A stretch of 56,796 bases of DNA, taken from assembly GCA_964014485.1 (NCBI GenBank), contig CAXHAT010000020.1, forward strand, positions 1 to 56,796, given 5' to 3'. Made by a program: the position numbers and the translations under genes. Below, one piece after another: positions 38,456-48,148 of the stretch. Within the stretch, counting starts at the first letter, position 1. Every line of letters begins with the position of its first letter. The notes under the pieces are model-generated. The model made no database searches and was not told where the DNA came from. It was given only the letters and a program-made list of their open reading frames with translations. The stretch comes from an uncultured Deferribacteres bacterium. Its GTDB lineage: Bacteria; Zhuqueibacterota; Zhuqueibacteria; Zhuqueibacterales; Geothermadaptataceae.

Positions 38456-38995
38456 ATGAAACGTTTTGTCCAGGATTCCGCACACCTTCTTGCCAATGCT
38501 GTTTCAAATCACGCCGGACTTTTGTTCGCTGCAGGTTTGTGTTTTTTTGCGCTCACTCAGTTTTTGCCAAGAACCGACGCTCCAAAAAATGACGATGCTG
38601 AATTTCGTGCAGCCGGATTTTCATTAGTCCAGCCGCAAAATGAAAAAAAGAAGGCGGCGGTGCTTGACAGCGGCAAGGCTTCTTATTACGGCAAGAAGTT
38701 CACAGGGAGGACGACCGCGAGCGGCGAAATCTTTGATCAAACAAAATTCACCGCGGCGCACAAAACGATTCCGTTCGGCACGTACGTCCGCGTCGTTCGG
38801 GAAGACAGCACAAAATCCGTCGTTGTTAAAATCAACGATCGCGGGCCGTTTACCAAAGGCCGTGTGATTGATCTTTCAACCGCTGCCGCGCAAAAAATTG
38901 ATATGGTGATGGCCGGAGTCATTCAAGTCAGGGTTCTGTCCGCCACTAAAGATGAATTTAAACAACAGTTTGAGAAGAAAAAGCCGAAACCATAA
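38456..38995 (+). CDS. rlpA: RlpA-family lytic transglycosylase (DPBB domain), copy 2
   Basis: ATG at 38456 with GAGGGG RBS; ASYYG, TASGE, TAAHKTIPFG, INDRGPF. Confidence 0.9.
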   Translation: MKRFVQDSAHLLANAVSNHAGLLFAAGLCFFALTQFLPRTDAPKNDDAEFRAAGFSLVQPQNEKKKAAVLDSGKASYYGKKFTGRTTASGEIFDQTKFTAAHKTIPFGTYVRVVREDSTKSVVVKINDRGPFTKGRVIDLSTAAAQKIDMVMAGVIQVRVLSATKDEFKQQFEKKKPKP

Positions 38996-39077
38996 ACAGC
39001 TTGCGTTGAGGCGGCGGCGTTTTTATTTTTCACTCTCTACCTGACATTTTTTTGTAAACTGCATTTTCGAACCGTCG

Positions 39078-39216
39078 AAAGGCCTCGTTTTGTCAATCTG
39101 CAAAGCCGAAGGCCGGCGAAGCAAAATCTTTGTTATCGCCCAGTACAGATCATGCCCAAAAGTTCAAGGGTCGGATCAAAAAAGATGCTTTCAGCATGAC
39201 AATTCCGGCCTTTTTC
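39078..39216. repeat. Degenerate TGTCA...TGACA REP-like inverted element
   Basis: AAAGGCC..TGTCAATCTG..GCAAAATCT / AGATGC..CAGCATGACA..GGCCTTT; similar fold-back at about 25966..26039. Confidence 0.45.
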
Positions 39217-39297
39217 GCCAGTTATAGAAGCCTATACAAAAAGTGTCAGGTAGTGAAATTTTTCATGAAAAATGACACAAACGCCGTCGCAAACGTT

Positions 39298-40335
39298 ATG
39301 AAATACCGACCCTACATTCTCGCCTTTGCCGTTTGGCTCTTTGCCGCAGCGCAATCCGGCTGCACTTCAAATTTTCACCAAAATCAAAAAGTTCATTTTC
39401 AGGAAGAATCGCATTTTAGCGGCGCGTCGCAATTTGAAATTGACGCCGAAAGCCCGCTCTCGGCCATCGGCTTTGACGACGACGGGGTGCTTTACACGCT
39501 GATGCAAGACAGCGGGCGCATCACGGCGTTTGGGCAAGACGGCAAAGAGCTGCAGTCATTTTCCAGAGCAACAAGCACCGAACGCGGCAGAGCGGAAGCT
39601 GTCGCAATGGGCGTCTCCGAAGAGAGGGTATTTACAATTGACGCGAAAGATTCGGCGTTGCTCGAATGGCGAAAAACCGGCGAGCTTGTCAGCAAAACCG
39701 TGATTTCGTACCCGATTAGTCCTGGAGATTTTGAATTTACCAAAGACGGCGAAATTCTACACGGCGCTGAGGGTTTTTCGCATGATTCGTTGGTGGTTAT
39801 GTTCGACCAAGACGGGCGGTTGGCGGGGTATGTCGGCGAGGCGGCGGAAGCTTCTGATCAATTGGCGCGAACGCAGTCAATACGCGGCGAATTGGCTCGC
39901 GGGCGCGTTCCGAATTTTATGAAAAACAGCGTTTTGGTTGCCAGCGGCTCGGCGGGAGCCGTTTATATTTTGCGCAAAACCGAACCGATTTTGCAGTGTT
40001 ACCAGGACGGCGCGCTTGTTTTTCAACGGATTCTCGATTTTCCGGAATTGGCCGATATCCGAGAAACCAACAGAATACGCAACCGGGTGTTGGAATCGAA
40101 AAGCGGTTACATCCCGCATTCGCTCTGGTCAGACGTCTGCGTGGATGCCGACGGCAATATTTTTATTTTGCTTTCTTTGCAAAAAAAACAAACGATTTAT
40201 CGTCTCGACGCCAAGGGTGAGAACCCGCAAAAGCTGGTGGGGCGTTACGGCAAAGGCCATTTGCTCGCAGCCTCAAAAAAGCGCCTGGCCATAGCCGATG
40301 CAGGCAATCGAACCGTGACGATTTACTCGCTCTGA
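39298..40335 (+). CDS. Putative lipoprotein with six-bladed (NHL-like) beta-propeller
   Basis: MKYRPYILAFAVWLFAAAQSGC signal; DDDGVLY and VDADGNIFIL blade motifs; start uncertain. Confidence 0.65.
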   Translation: MKYRPYILAFAVWLFAAAQSGCTSNFHQNQKVHFQEESHFSGASQFEIDAESPLSAIGFDDDGVLYTLMQDSGRITAFGQDGKELQSFSRATSTERGRAEAVAMGVSEERVFTIDAKDSALLEWRKTGELVSKTVISYPISPGDFEFTKDGEILHGAEGFSHDSLVVMFDQDGRLAGYVGEAAEASDQLARTQSIRGELARGRVPNFMKNSVLVASGSAGAVYILRKTEPILQCYQDGALVFQRILDFPELADIRETNRIRNRVLESKSGYIPHSLWSDVCVDADGNIFILLSLQKKQTIYRLDAKGENPQKLVGRYGKGHLLAASKKRLAIADAGNRTVTIYSL

Positions 40336-40892
40336 GTTCCGGGGTTTTCCATAACTTCTGTTTTGGGCGTATAATCACTGCTCTCGATTACGCGTTTCAA
40401 ATTATTGTAATTTTCTTGATCCTGCTCTGAAATATTTCCTTTCATCAGAAACAACATCGACTTCCAGACCACACCTTTTGCAATGGTTTGGGTGTTCGCG
40501 GTAATTTCCGTGGTCGCGGAATCGACGGCTGCGAAATAGATTTCAACGTTCGCGTTTAAAACGTCGTTGTCCAGCCAAAACGCGTATTTTTCCTGCACTT
40601 TGACTGCGGTGACGCGCTCCGTCATTTCAAAAATTTGGCCTTGATCCTCGACGGTCAGTTTCCACTCACTGCCGACTTGCAATGGCTCGCCGCTAATATT
40701 CTCAATGCTCTTGAAGCCCGGCATCCACTCTGCCATTTTCGTTTCGTCGGTAAAAACAGCCCACGATTTTTCGACGGATGCGTTGACAATCACCTGCGAA
40801 GTGTAAGTAAATTTCGGCCAAATCAAGCCGATCAGAAAAAAACCGACGAACAGCAAAATCAGGACGCCAACGACGTACTTCAAGATTTTCAT
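40323..40892 (-). CDS. SRPBCC (polyketide cyclase-like) family protein
   Basis: N-terminal TM; VNASVEKSWAVFTD..EWMPG; NLKRVIE. Confidence 0.8.
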   Translation of the reverse strand: MKILKYVVGVLILLFVGFFLIGLIWPKFTYTSQVIVNASVEKSWAVFTDETKMAEWMPGFKSIENISGEPLQVGSEWKLTVEDQGQIFEMTERVTAVKVQEKYAFWLDNDVLNANVEIYFAAVDSATTEITANTQTIAKGVVWKSMLFLMKGNISEQDQENYNNLKRVIESSDYTPKTEVMENPGTQSE

Positions 40893-40971
40893 TTCCTTAC
40901 CTCCAACAATATTAGGCCGTCTCCAGAGTTTTAAAAACTGGAGTGCAAATCTTTAGTTTTGCCCGTAGTTC

Positions 40972-41091
40972 GGGGCTGTCCAAAAACAAGGAATCTGAAT
41001 AGCAGACATACCATATGTAGGGGTTCAAAATCTTGAACCCCTACGATATGTTGTATATCGCTCTGCAAGTTTTATGTTTTTGGACAGTCCC
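40972..41091. mobile_element. GGGGCTGTCC-ended MITE with central GTAG REP
   Basis: GGGGCTGTCCAAAAACA / TGTTTTTGGACAGTCCC; core palindrome at 41017..41044. Confidence 0.85.
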
Positions 41092-41233
41092 ACGCTTAGG
41101 TCGATGATTGGGCAATCGCTAAACGTGCTTTGTATCAAACGTCTGTTTTTTAACAAAATTGTAGTTTAAACCAATGCTTTTTTAACCATACAAATTACTT
41201 GCGACAATTCCCTGAATCTTATAGAATGGCGTC

Positions 41234-42133
41234 ATGTTGAATCGGTTTTTTTGCAAAACGCTCGCGGCGTTATCTATTTTCGTCGGCCTGTCATGTTTGG
41301 CGCTTGCCAATTCATCGGGTGCGGAAGCAAGCATATCCGAGAAGATGATTTTTGAATTTCCGGGCGAAGAACCAGAATTGCAAGAATCTCAGTTGGTCGG
41401 AGAAGAGCCGTTCTGGAAACGCTGGTGGTTCATTTTATTGGAATTTATCGTCGTCGCGAGCGTGATCATCGTTTTTGAACAAATCCGAGTTCGCCGCTTG
41501 CTAGAAATTGAGAGGATACGCGCCCGCATCGCAACTGATCTGCACGACGACATCGGCTCCGGATTGACGCACATTGGCCTGCTCTCGGAAATCACGTTGA
41601 AAAAGATGGCGAAAGCGGAGGGCGATTTAAGTAAAAATGAAATCCAAGACGCCGTTTTGCGCATGGGAGAAGCGGCGCGGGAACTTTCGCAGGCTATGAG
41701 CGACGTGGTTTGGTCGATCAATCCGCGGCACGATTCGGTGGCGGCGCTCCAACACCGCCTTGCCGCGTTTGCCTACGACGTTTGTTTGGCCAAGGGGATT
41801 AAGCTCACGTTGGATGTCGATCAAGAACTTGCAGCAAAATCGCTCGACCCGGAAAAACGACAAAACCTGCTTTTGATTGCAAAAGAGGCGGTGCATAATG
41901 CGGCTAAATATTCCGAAAGTCCGTCGATGACCGTTACGCTCGTTCGTCAAAAGTCGAACATCGTTCTGCGTGTTACTGATGAAGGACGAGGATTCGATGC
42001 AAAGAATCCTCGCGAGGGAAACGGGCTTTACAATATGCGCGCTCGTGCTGAAAAGCTGGGCGGCCGCTGTGAAATCGTTTCACGCACCGGAGAAGGCGCG
42101 CAGGTAACCGTGGTTGCGCCCTTCACGAATTGA
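41234..42133 (+). CDS. HisKA_3 (NarX-type) histidine kinase with a minimal extracellular region
   Basis: PFWKRWWF TM; RIATDLHDDIGSGL; KEAVHNAAKY, DEGRGF, GNGLYNM. Confidence 0.9.
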   Translation: MLNRFFCKTLAALSIFVGLSCLALANSSGAEASISEKMIFEFPGEEPELQESQLVGEEPFWKRWWFILLEFIVVASVIIVFEQIRVRRLLEIERIRARIATDLHDDIGSGLTHIGLLSEITLKKMAKAEGDLSKNEIQDAVLRMGEAARELSQAMSDVVWSINPRHDSVAALQHRLAAFAYDVCLAKGIKLTLDVDQELAAKSLDPEKRQNLLLIAKEAVHNAAKYSESPSMTVTLVRQKSNIVLRVTDEGRGFDAKNPREGNGLYNMRARAEKLGGRCEIVSRTGEGAQVTVVAPFTN

Positions 42134-42142
42134 GAAAATGGT

Positions 42143-42793
42143 ATGAATTCAAAAGAAAAAAATATCACCGTCGCTATTGTTGACGATGACGGCAAAGTGC
42201 GGGAGGGCGTCTCCTGGCTGGTGGAGAACTCGGACGGCTTTGAGTGCATCGCGACTTACCGCAATTGCGCCCACGCGCTCGAAACCATCATCGACGACAC
42301 GCCCGACGTGGTTTTGATGGACGTCAATATGCCCGAAACGACCGGCATCGAGTGCGTGGAAAAACTCAAGACAGAACTTCCCGATCTGAAGATTCTCATG
42401 TTGACCAATTACAGCGACGATGATCGTATTTTTGATTCGCTGCGTGCGGGCGCCGTTGGATACTTGCTGAAAAATTCTTCCGCTTCCAAGCTTTCGGAAG
42501 CGATTCGCGAGGCGCACGAAGGCGGCGCGCCCATGTCCAGCGAAGTGGCGAAAAAAGTGCTGAGTTATTTTCGAGCGCAAAAGAAAACGACCAACTATAC
42601 CGCAACTCTTTCAGAGCGCGAACTCGACGTTTTGCGAGCGCTTACGGAAGGTCTTCCCGACAAAGCCATCGCGGCCAAGCTTTTCATCAGCATCCCGACC
42701 GTACGCTTTCATCTGAAGAATATTTATGCGAAACTGCACGTCAGTTCTCGCTCTGAAGCGGTGATAAAAGCCATGAAGGAGCGATTGTCCTAA
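42143..42793 (+). CDS. NarL/LuxR-family response regulator
   Basis: REC domain (DVVLMD, GAVGYLLK); LSERE..HLKNIYAKLHV HTH. Confidence 0.95.
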   Translation: MNSKEKNITVAIVDDDGKVREGVSWLVENSDGFECIATYRNCAHALETIIDDTPDVVLMDVNMPETTGIECVEKLKTELPDLKILMLTNYSDDDRIFDSLRAGAVGYLLKNSSASKLSEAIREAHEGGAPMSSEVAKKVLSYFRAQKKTTNYTATLSERELDVLRALTEGLPDKAIAAKLFISIPTVRFHLKNIYAKLHVSSRSEAVIKAMKERLS

Positions 42794-43363
42794 GTGCCGA
42801 GACTGCTCGATAAAATTCTCGTTGTTGATATTGAAGCGACGTGTTGGTCCGGGCCTGCGCCGCCCGACCAGAAAAGCGACATCATTGAATTTGGACTGGT
42901 TCTCGTCGACGTGGCCACGCTTCAACCCGAAGGCAAGCGCAGCATTCTCGTGCGCCCGACGCGCTCTTCCGTCAGTGATTTTTGCACCAAATTAACCAGC
43001 CTGACGCAGGAAGACGTTGACGGCGGCGTTTCCTTGAGAACGGCCTGTGAAATCTTGATGCGGGAGTATAGTTCACGTTCGCGACTGTGGGCGAGTTACG
43101 GCGACTACGACCGCAGAATGGTGCAGCAAAGTTGCGAAGCTTTGAATGCGAAGTACCCGTTTAACCGCCAGCACTTGAACGTAAAAACATTGTTTGCCGT
43201 TAGCCGCGGACTGCCGCAAGAATACAGCATGGCTAATGCTTTAGCGAGTGTCGGGTTGCCGCTTGAAGGCACGCATCATCGCGGCCACGACGATGCGTGG
43301 AACATCGCCGGATTGTTGGCGCATACGCTAAAAAATGGCAGGGAAATAGTTTCAAACAGGTAG
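42794..43363 (+). CDS. DEDDh 3'-5' exonuclease (ERI1/KapD-like)
   Basis: VVDIEATC, SYGDYD, LEGTHHRGHDDA. Confidence 0.9.
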   Translation: MPRLLDKILVVDIEATCWSGPAPPDQKSDIIEFGLVLVDVATLQPEGKRSILVRPTRSSVSDFCTKLTSLTQEDVDGGVSLRTACEILMREYSSRSRLWASYGDYDRRMVQQSCEALNAKYPFNRQHLNVKTLFAVSRGLPQEYSMANALASVGLPLEGTHHRGHDDAWNIAGLLAHTLKNGREIVSNR

Positions 43364-43386
43364 AGCGCGATAGGTCGCGTTTCTAC
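43360..43386. repeat. GTAG-family REP-like palindrome
   Basis: GTAGAGCGCGATAGGTCGCGTTTCTAC. Confidence 0.55.
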
Positions 43387-43414
43387 AATTCCAGGGAAAA
43401 CATGAGGAGCAAAC

Positions 43415-43732
43415 ATGCAGGAAATTGAGCCCCGCGAGGTGCAAGACAAAATCGAAGCCGGAGATCAAGTTCTTTTACTCGATGTCAGGGAAGATCACGA
43501 GGTCGCGTTTTGCACAATTGAGAATTCCGTTCATATCAAAATGAGGGAAATTCAAGGGCGTTTTGAAGAATTGAAGCGAGAAGATGAGATCGTCGTTTAC
43601 TGCCGCTCCGGCCAGCGCAGCGTGCGAGTGTGTCAATTTCTGGAATCGCAAGGCTTTGCAAACGTCTCAAACATGCGCGGCGGCATTCAGCAATGGTCGA
43701 TGCAAGTCGATTCTTCGATCCCGTATTATTGA
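43415..43732 (+). CDS. Rhodanese-like domain protein
   Basis: LLDVRE, YCRSGQRS, GGIQQW; GAGGAG RBS. Confidence 0.92.
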   Translation: MQEIEPREVQDKIEAGDQVLLLDVREDHEVAFCTIENSVHIKMREIQGRFEELKREDEIVVYCRSGQRSVRVCQFLESQGFANVSNMRGGIQQWSMQVDSSIPYY

Positions 43733-43865
43733 TTCAGCTTGCGATGATAAGTGCATTTGGAAAGGCAAACGGGCCCACATGTCAAGTCCCGATGCTTGAT
43801 TTTGGAAGCAGAGCGCCTTATTATGAAACTACCCAAAAGATATTTTTGAAAAAGAGCAAAAAATC

Positions 43866-44105
43866 ATGAGTACTGCGACTGAAAAAATTCTTTTCGATGC
43901 GTTAAAGCTTCCCCCGATAGAGCGCGCTGAGTTGATCGAAGAGTTGTTCACAAGCTTTGATTCTTCGATGAAAAATGAATACGAGAATGAGTGGACGCAG
44001 GAAATTTCAGATCGTATTTCAGCACTTTCACGCGGCGAAATGAAAACCATCCCGGCAGAACAAGTTTTTCAAAAGATCAACAGGCTTTCTCAGGATGGAA
44101 GTTGA
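43866..44105 (+). CDS. Addiction module antitoxin
   Basis: ALKLPPIERAELIEEL..EWTQEISDR..TIPAEQVF; overlaps the toxin start. Confidence 0.85.
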   Translation: MSTATEKILFDALKLPPIERAELIEELFTSFDSSMKNEYENEWTQEISDRISALSRGEMKTIPAEQVFQKINRLSQDGS

Positions 44106-44385
44106 GTTTTTAGAAATCGCTGAAACTGAGTACATCGAAGCGGTTCAATACTAAAATCAACAACGTGAAGGCTTGGGGTTTGAATTTGCCGCAGAAGTTC
44201 AAAGAACGATTGACCGAATTGTTCGATACCCGGAAGCCTGGACGCTCATTCAAGACGGCGTTCGAAGATGTCGGACTAAGCGATTTCCTTATGGGGTTGT
44301 TTATAAAATCTCACCTCAAAAAATTGTTATCATAGCTGTCATGCATTCTCGCCGCCATCCTAAAAAATGGTAGTCGCGAGTCTGA
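44095..44385 (+). pseudogene. RelE/ParE family toxin with nonsense codons
   Basis: MEVEFLEIAETEYIEAVQY*NQQREGLG...RFPYGVVY...AVMHSRRHPKKW*SRV*; TAA at 44152 and TAG at 44371. Confidence 0.85.
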
Positions 44386-44421
44386 TCAAAACGCCTTCGA
44401 TATTTTTCGATTTTTAACCGG

Positions 44422-45327
44422 CTATCTCGGCGTGGAAACAAAAATCTCCGAACTCACGCGCGCAAAACTGCCGAAAACGCCGGTTCCGCCTTCGATATTG
44501 TCGACCACGTTGGGAATCTCGCCCGGCGACAGGGTGGACGGCATGGCTTGAATATTTTGGCTGGTGATAAAGTCAAAAATATTGTCGTCCACGGCGTTGA
44601 TGGTGACGGTGTTCTTGCCCAAAAACGCAATCGCGATCCACGGCACGCGAATGGTGATCGTGCCGTTCGGATTGACGTCAAAATTCCCCTCGTTTATGAT
44701 CGGCGATTCATTGATGCGAAATTCTTCGATCGATTCATCCTCGTCGATAATGTCCCGCAAAAACGGCGTCAGGTTTTCGTAGCGCACGTCTTCAGCTTCG
44801 GTGGAAAAAATGAACATATTTTGCCGCCCCGGATAAAGGCTCGGCGTAACGTCAACTTCCAGTTGCTCCGTCGCAAGGTAAGGGATCGTATCAAGCATGG
44901 TTGATACGATGGAAAAAGTGTCCGGGACGATGGTAGTGGCGCGCAGCACCGTGCCGTCGTTGGCGAAATTTACCTCCAGCTCATAAACCCCGCGCGGCTC
45001 TACCTGCGAGCTTGAAAAAGGCGTGCTATATACGCCGCGTCCGAAAACTTCAGTGTATGGATGTTCCCGGACCAACGCGCCGTTCTCATCTAACAAGCGA
45101 ATGTTAACCGTAGCGCCGGAAACGGCCTGCTCGTCAAAATTGTAAGCCGTACCAAAAGGCACCGTACGAGAAATGCGTACGTCCGGCATGTCTTCGCCAG
45201 CAAAAAGATAGGCTTCGACAACGTACTCAGAAATAAAACGATCCTGGGTGGAAACGTCGCAGCCCGCGAAAAATGCAAGGCTAAGAAGCGCGAAAATTTC
45301 GAGAATTCTATTTTTTGTATTTGTCAT
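44422..45327 (-). CDS. DUF4249-like lipoprotein, partner of the TonB receptor
   Basis: FAGC lipobox; YVVEAYL; C-terminal NIEGGTGVFGS. Confidence 0.8.
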   Translation of the reverse strand: MTNTKNRILEIFALLSLAFFAGCDVSTQDRFISEYVVEAYLFAGEDMPDVRISRTVPFGTAYNFDEQAVSGATVNIRLLDENGALVREHPYTEVFGRGVYSTPFSSSQVEPRGVYELEVNFANDGTVLRATTIVPDTFSIVSTMLDTIPYLATEQLEVDVTPSLYPGRQNMFIFSTEAEDVRYENLTPFLRDIIDEDESIEEFRINESPIINEGNFDVNPNGTITIRVPWIAIAFLGKNTVTINAVDDNIFDFITSQNIQAMPSTLSPGEIPNVVDNIEGGTGVFGSFARVSSEIFVSTPR

Positions 45328-45452
45328 TTGACTTCGCCGTCATTTATCGTCATTGATTTTTTCGTGAAATGTTGGCTTTGCCGAAAATGTCGTGTCAGAC
45401 TATGGTTATGCATATTTGTCATTTGACCTCGTCGTCATTTTGTGGTCATTGA
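45320..45452. repeat. Two ~37-bp direct repeats built from GTCATT units
   Basis: TTTGTCATTTGACTTCGCCGTCATTTATCGTCATTGA and TTTGTCATTTGACCTCGTCGTCATTTTGTGGTCATTGA. Confidence 0.6.
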
Positions 45453-45511
45453 ACTCGACAAAAATTGTCTTCTTGCCTACAGTCTAAAAACCTAATAGTC
45501 CTCAGCCTAAC

Positions 45512-47749
45512 TCAGAAATCCACTGAAAACGAAATATTCGGAATAATCGGCAGCATCCGGACGTCTTCGCGGATGATCGGGTTTTCGTCAAAGTCATAAG
45601 CGTAGAACCAGAGATTGCGGCGCGAGTAGAGATTGATGACCTGAAATTGCAGTTGGTACTCGCCAAAGCCGAAAAACTTGCCGAAGCGCGTAAATCCAAG
45701 ATCAAGCCGGTGATACGCAGGCAGTCTCGCAGCGTTTAAGCTGCCGACGATAAACGGCGAACGTTCGGTTGAGCCAGTGGGCGGCGAGACTGTATAGCTG
45801 CCCAGAACTTCCGTGTAAGCCTGCCCGGTCGCATAGTTAAACACGCCGGTCGCGCGCCACTTTTTTGAGAGATCGAAATTCATCACGATGTTCGTGTCGT
45901 GGATGCGGTCGTGTTTCGGCGGGTAGGGTTCATCGTTATTGTAACCCGGAAATTCGCGACGACTCGTTCCCCAAGTATAGCCGATAAAGCCGTTCAATCT
46001 GCCGCGTCTTTTTTCCAGAAAAAACTCAGCGCCGTAAGCGTAGCCTTCGCCGAATCGGAAAAAGTCGACGTATTCCAGTCCGGCCACATCCTGCAGGCGC
46101 GGGTTGAGTTCGAATAAATCGCGCATCGTGCGATAGTACAGTTCAACATCAAAAACGTAGCCGTCTTTCGGGCGCGTTTTCATGCCAAGAACAAACTGAT
46201 CGCCCCAGGCGGGCGGCACGCCGACGTCCGTCGTCAGCCAGGTGTCAAAGCCGGTAAAAGCTTCGTTGGTGATGAGGGTCAGGAATTGGTAGTAGCGTCC
46301 ATAGGCGGCCTGAAAAAGCACGCGATCCGTGAAAACGTTTTCGAGAGACAGTCTCGGCTCTGCGCGAAAATAATCGCCCGCCGAAAAAAAGCTGCCGCGT
46401 ACGCCGCCCTTGGCGATCCAGCGCACCGTCGGCTTCCAGGTGTATTCTGCGTAGGCTGAAACGTATGAAGCGTCGATTAATTGCTCGAAAGTTTGCTGCT
46501 GATCAAAGCTTTCGCGAATCGTGAGATCGAGACCGCCCGCCCAAAATCCGGCTTTAAATTGATTCTTTTCGTCTAAAATGTAGTCAACGTCTCCCTTGAC
46601 TGAGACGTCCGTCACGGTGTTTTCTCGCGCGAATTCCGTCCCGCCAATGACGAGGTCTGGATTGCTGAAATAGTGAGAATAGGTCGCGGTGAAAGCGGAA
46701 AACGTCTTCTTGGAAAAAAGGTGCGTCCAGTTGGCGCTGACGGTGCGATTGCCGTAATTCAGGTTAAACTCCGCGTCGTCCGCGAACGGAAATTCGACCA
46801 CGTCCGTGCCGGAATAGAAAGCGAGATTAATCTTGTCGTTCGGCGTCGCGTCGTAGTTAAGCTTGCCGTTCAAATCGATAAAATGAAAAGCGTCAGGCAC
46901 GTCGTCGTAGCGGTCGCGCAACGCTGCAAGCAGCGGCTCCAGCGTAGAACGACGCATCGCGAGCATCCAGGAGCCGTTTGAAACCGGCCCTTCCAGGTTG
47001 AGGCGTGAAGAAAGCAAGCCGAGGCTCGTCCTGCCTTGAAATTCCTTGCGGTTGCCGTCACGGTTGTAAATGTCGATCACGGAACCGAGCCGCCCGCCGT
47101 ATTCCGCCGGATAGCCGCCCTTGTAAATACGCACGTCCTTAATCGCGTCAGGGTTGAACGTAGAGAAAAAGCCGAAAAAGTGGGACGGATTGTAAACGGT
47201 CGTGCGATCAAGCAGAATGAGCGTCTGATCCGGACTGCCGCCGCGAATATAGAGGCCGCTGGAAAAATCGGAAGCGGACTTGATTCCCGGCAGGAGTTGA
47301 ATCGAACGAAAAAGGTCCGCTTGCAGGACGGCGGGCAATTCTTGAATGAGTTTTTGCGGCACGGTTGAGAGCCCGATTGGCTTCTCTTCGGCGATGGTTT
47401 TTTCCGCTTCCACGACCAGTTCTTCGGAGTAGAGAAAATCCGATTCTAACTCGACGTCGATGCGCCTGCCTTGGCCGGAGCTCACCTTGACTTTCTGGCG
47501 GTGGGTCTTGTAGCCGATGTATGAAACGACAAGGGTGTATTCGCCGGGAGCGACCCCGGTCAGGCGGTAGTACCCGCTGTAGTTCGTTGCAACGCCGCGT
47601 CGCGTTTCCGCAAGAAAAACGTTGGCGGCGATTAAGGTTTCCCCTGACTGTTCATCCTTGATATAGCCGCTAATCGTCGCGGTCTGCTGGCTGTGGAGCG
47701 AGTCTGAGAGCAAAAAAACGCTTAAAGCGATAAGAACGATTTTTTTCAT
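45512..47749 (-). CDS. TonB-dependent receptor
   Basis: ATISGYIKD; QLLPGI..YIRGGSPDQ; YKGGYPAEYGGRLGSV; RLPAYHRLD; C-terminal F. Confidence 0.93.
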   Translation of the reverse strand: MKKIVLIALSVFLLSDSLHSQQTATISGYIKDEQSGETLIAANVFLAETRRGVATNYSGYYRLTGVAPGEYTLVVSYIGYKTHRQKVKVSSGQGRRIDVELESDFLYSEELVVEAEKTIAEEKPIGLSTVPQKLIQELPAVLQADLFRSIQLLPGIKSASDFSSGLYIRGGSPDQTLILLDRTTVYNPSHFFGFFSTFNPDAIKDVRIYKGGYPAEYGGRLGSVIDIYNRDGNRKEFQGRTSLGLLSSRLNLEGPVSNGSWMLAMRRSTLEPLLAALRDRYDDVPDAFHFIDLNGKLNYDATPNDKINLAFYSGTDVVEFPFADDAEFNLNYGNRTVSANWTHLFSKKTFSAFTATYSHYFSNPDLVIGGTEFARENTVTDVSVKGDVDYILDEKNQFKAGFWAGGLDLTIRESFDQQQTFEQLIDASYVSAYAEYTWKPTVRWIAKGGVRGSFFSAGDYFRAEPRLSLENVFTDRVLFQAAYGRYYQFLTLITNEAFTGFDTWLTTDVGVPPAWGDQFVLGMKTRPKDGYVFDVELYYRTMRDLFELNPRLQDVAGLEYVDFFRFGEGYAYGAEFFLEKRRGRLNGFIGYTWGTSRREFPGYNNDEPYPPKHDRIHDTNIVMNFDLSKKWRATGVFNYATGQAYTEVLGSYTVSPPTGSTERSPFIVGSLNAARLPAYHRLDLGFTRFGKFFGFGEYQLQFQVINLYSRRNLWFYAYDFDENPIIREDVRMLPIIPNISFSVDF

Positions 47750-48148
47750 TTATGAGCTTTCGTTTGGTTCAGCGGCAAACACTGGTTTTGGCGCTTTTGG
47801 GTTCGAAGAACGGCCTAAGATGTAGGGCTTTTTTTGAAAGAAAACAAGTGTGGAAGCTGTAATTTGTCTACCTAAAAACTGAAGCGCTAAGCAGGGTTTT
47901 GGCAGGCGAAGAATTTTCCTGGGAGTTCAGCGCGGCCTGCGTGCATTCGACCCTCGGAGAGTTTCGGCTTGACTTTGCTTTGACGCCGCTTTATTTTTTC
48001 GAAAACTGATATGCGAAAGTTTTCTTCTACCGGGGATTGTACGTTTCCGCCTTCATTTCCGAACCTAAGTCAGCCGCGTCCAAGCTTTTCGCAATAAATC
48101 GAGCGCATCATCTTTAGATCAAATTTGACCTGATCCGGGAGGAAAGTG

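Noticed and set aside
39130..39297. Extended N-termini in the ORF track (also 16650..16772, 33301..33396, 54445..54498, 5937..6041)
   Set aside because: Downstream starts fit the RBS, signal peptide or family N-terminus better; the extensions run through repeats or neighbouring genes.
43761..43830. c-di-GMP-I riboswitch (AAAGGCAAAC start)
   Set aside because: It lacks the GNRA-capped P2, the GACGCAAA junction and the P3 motifs.
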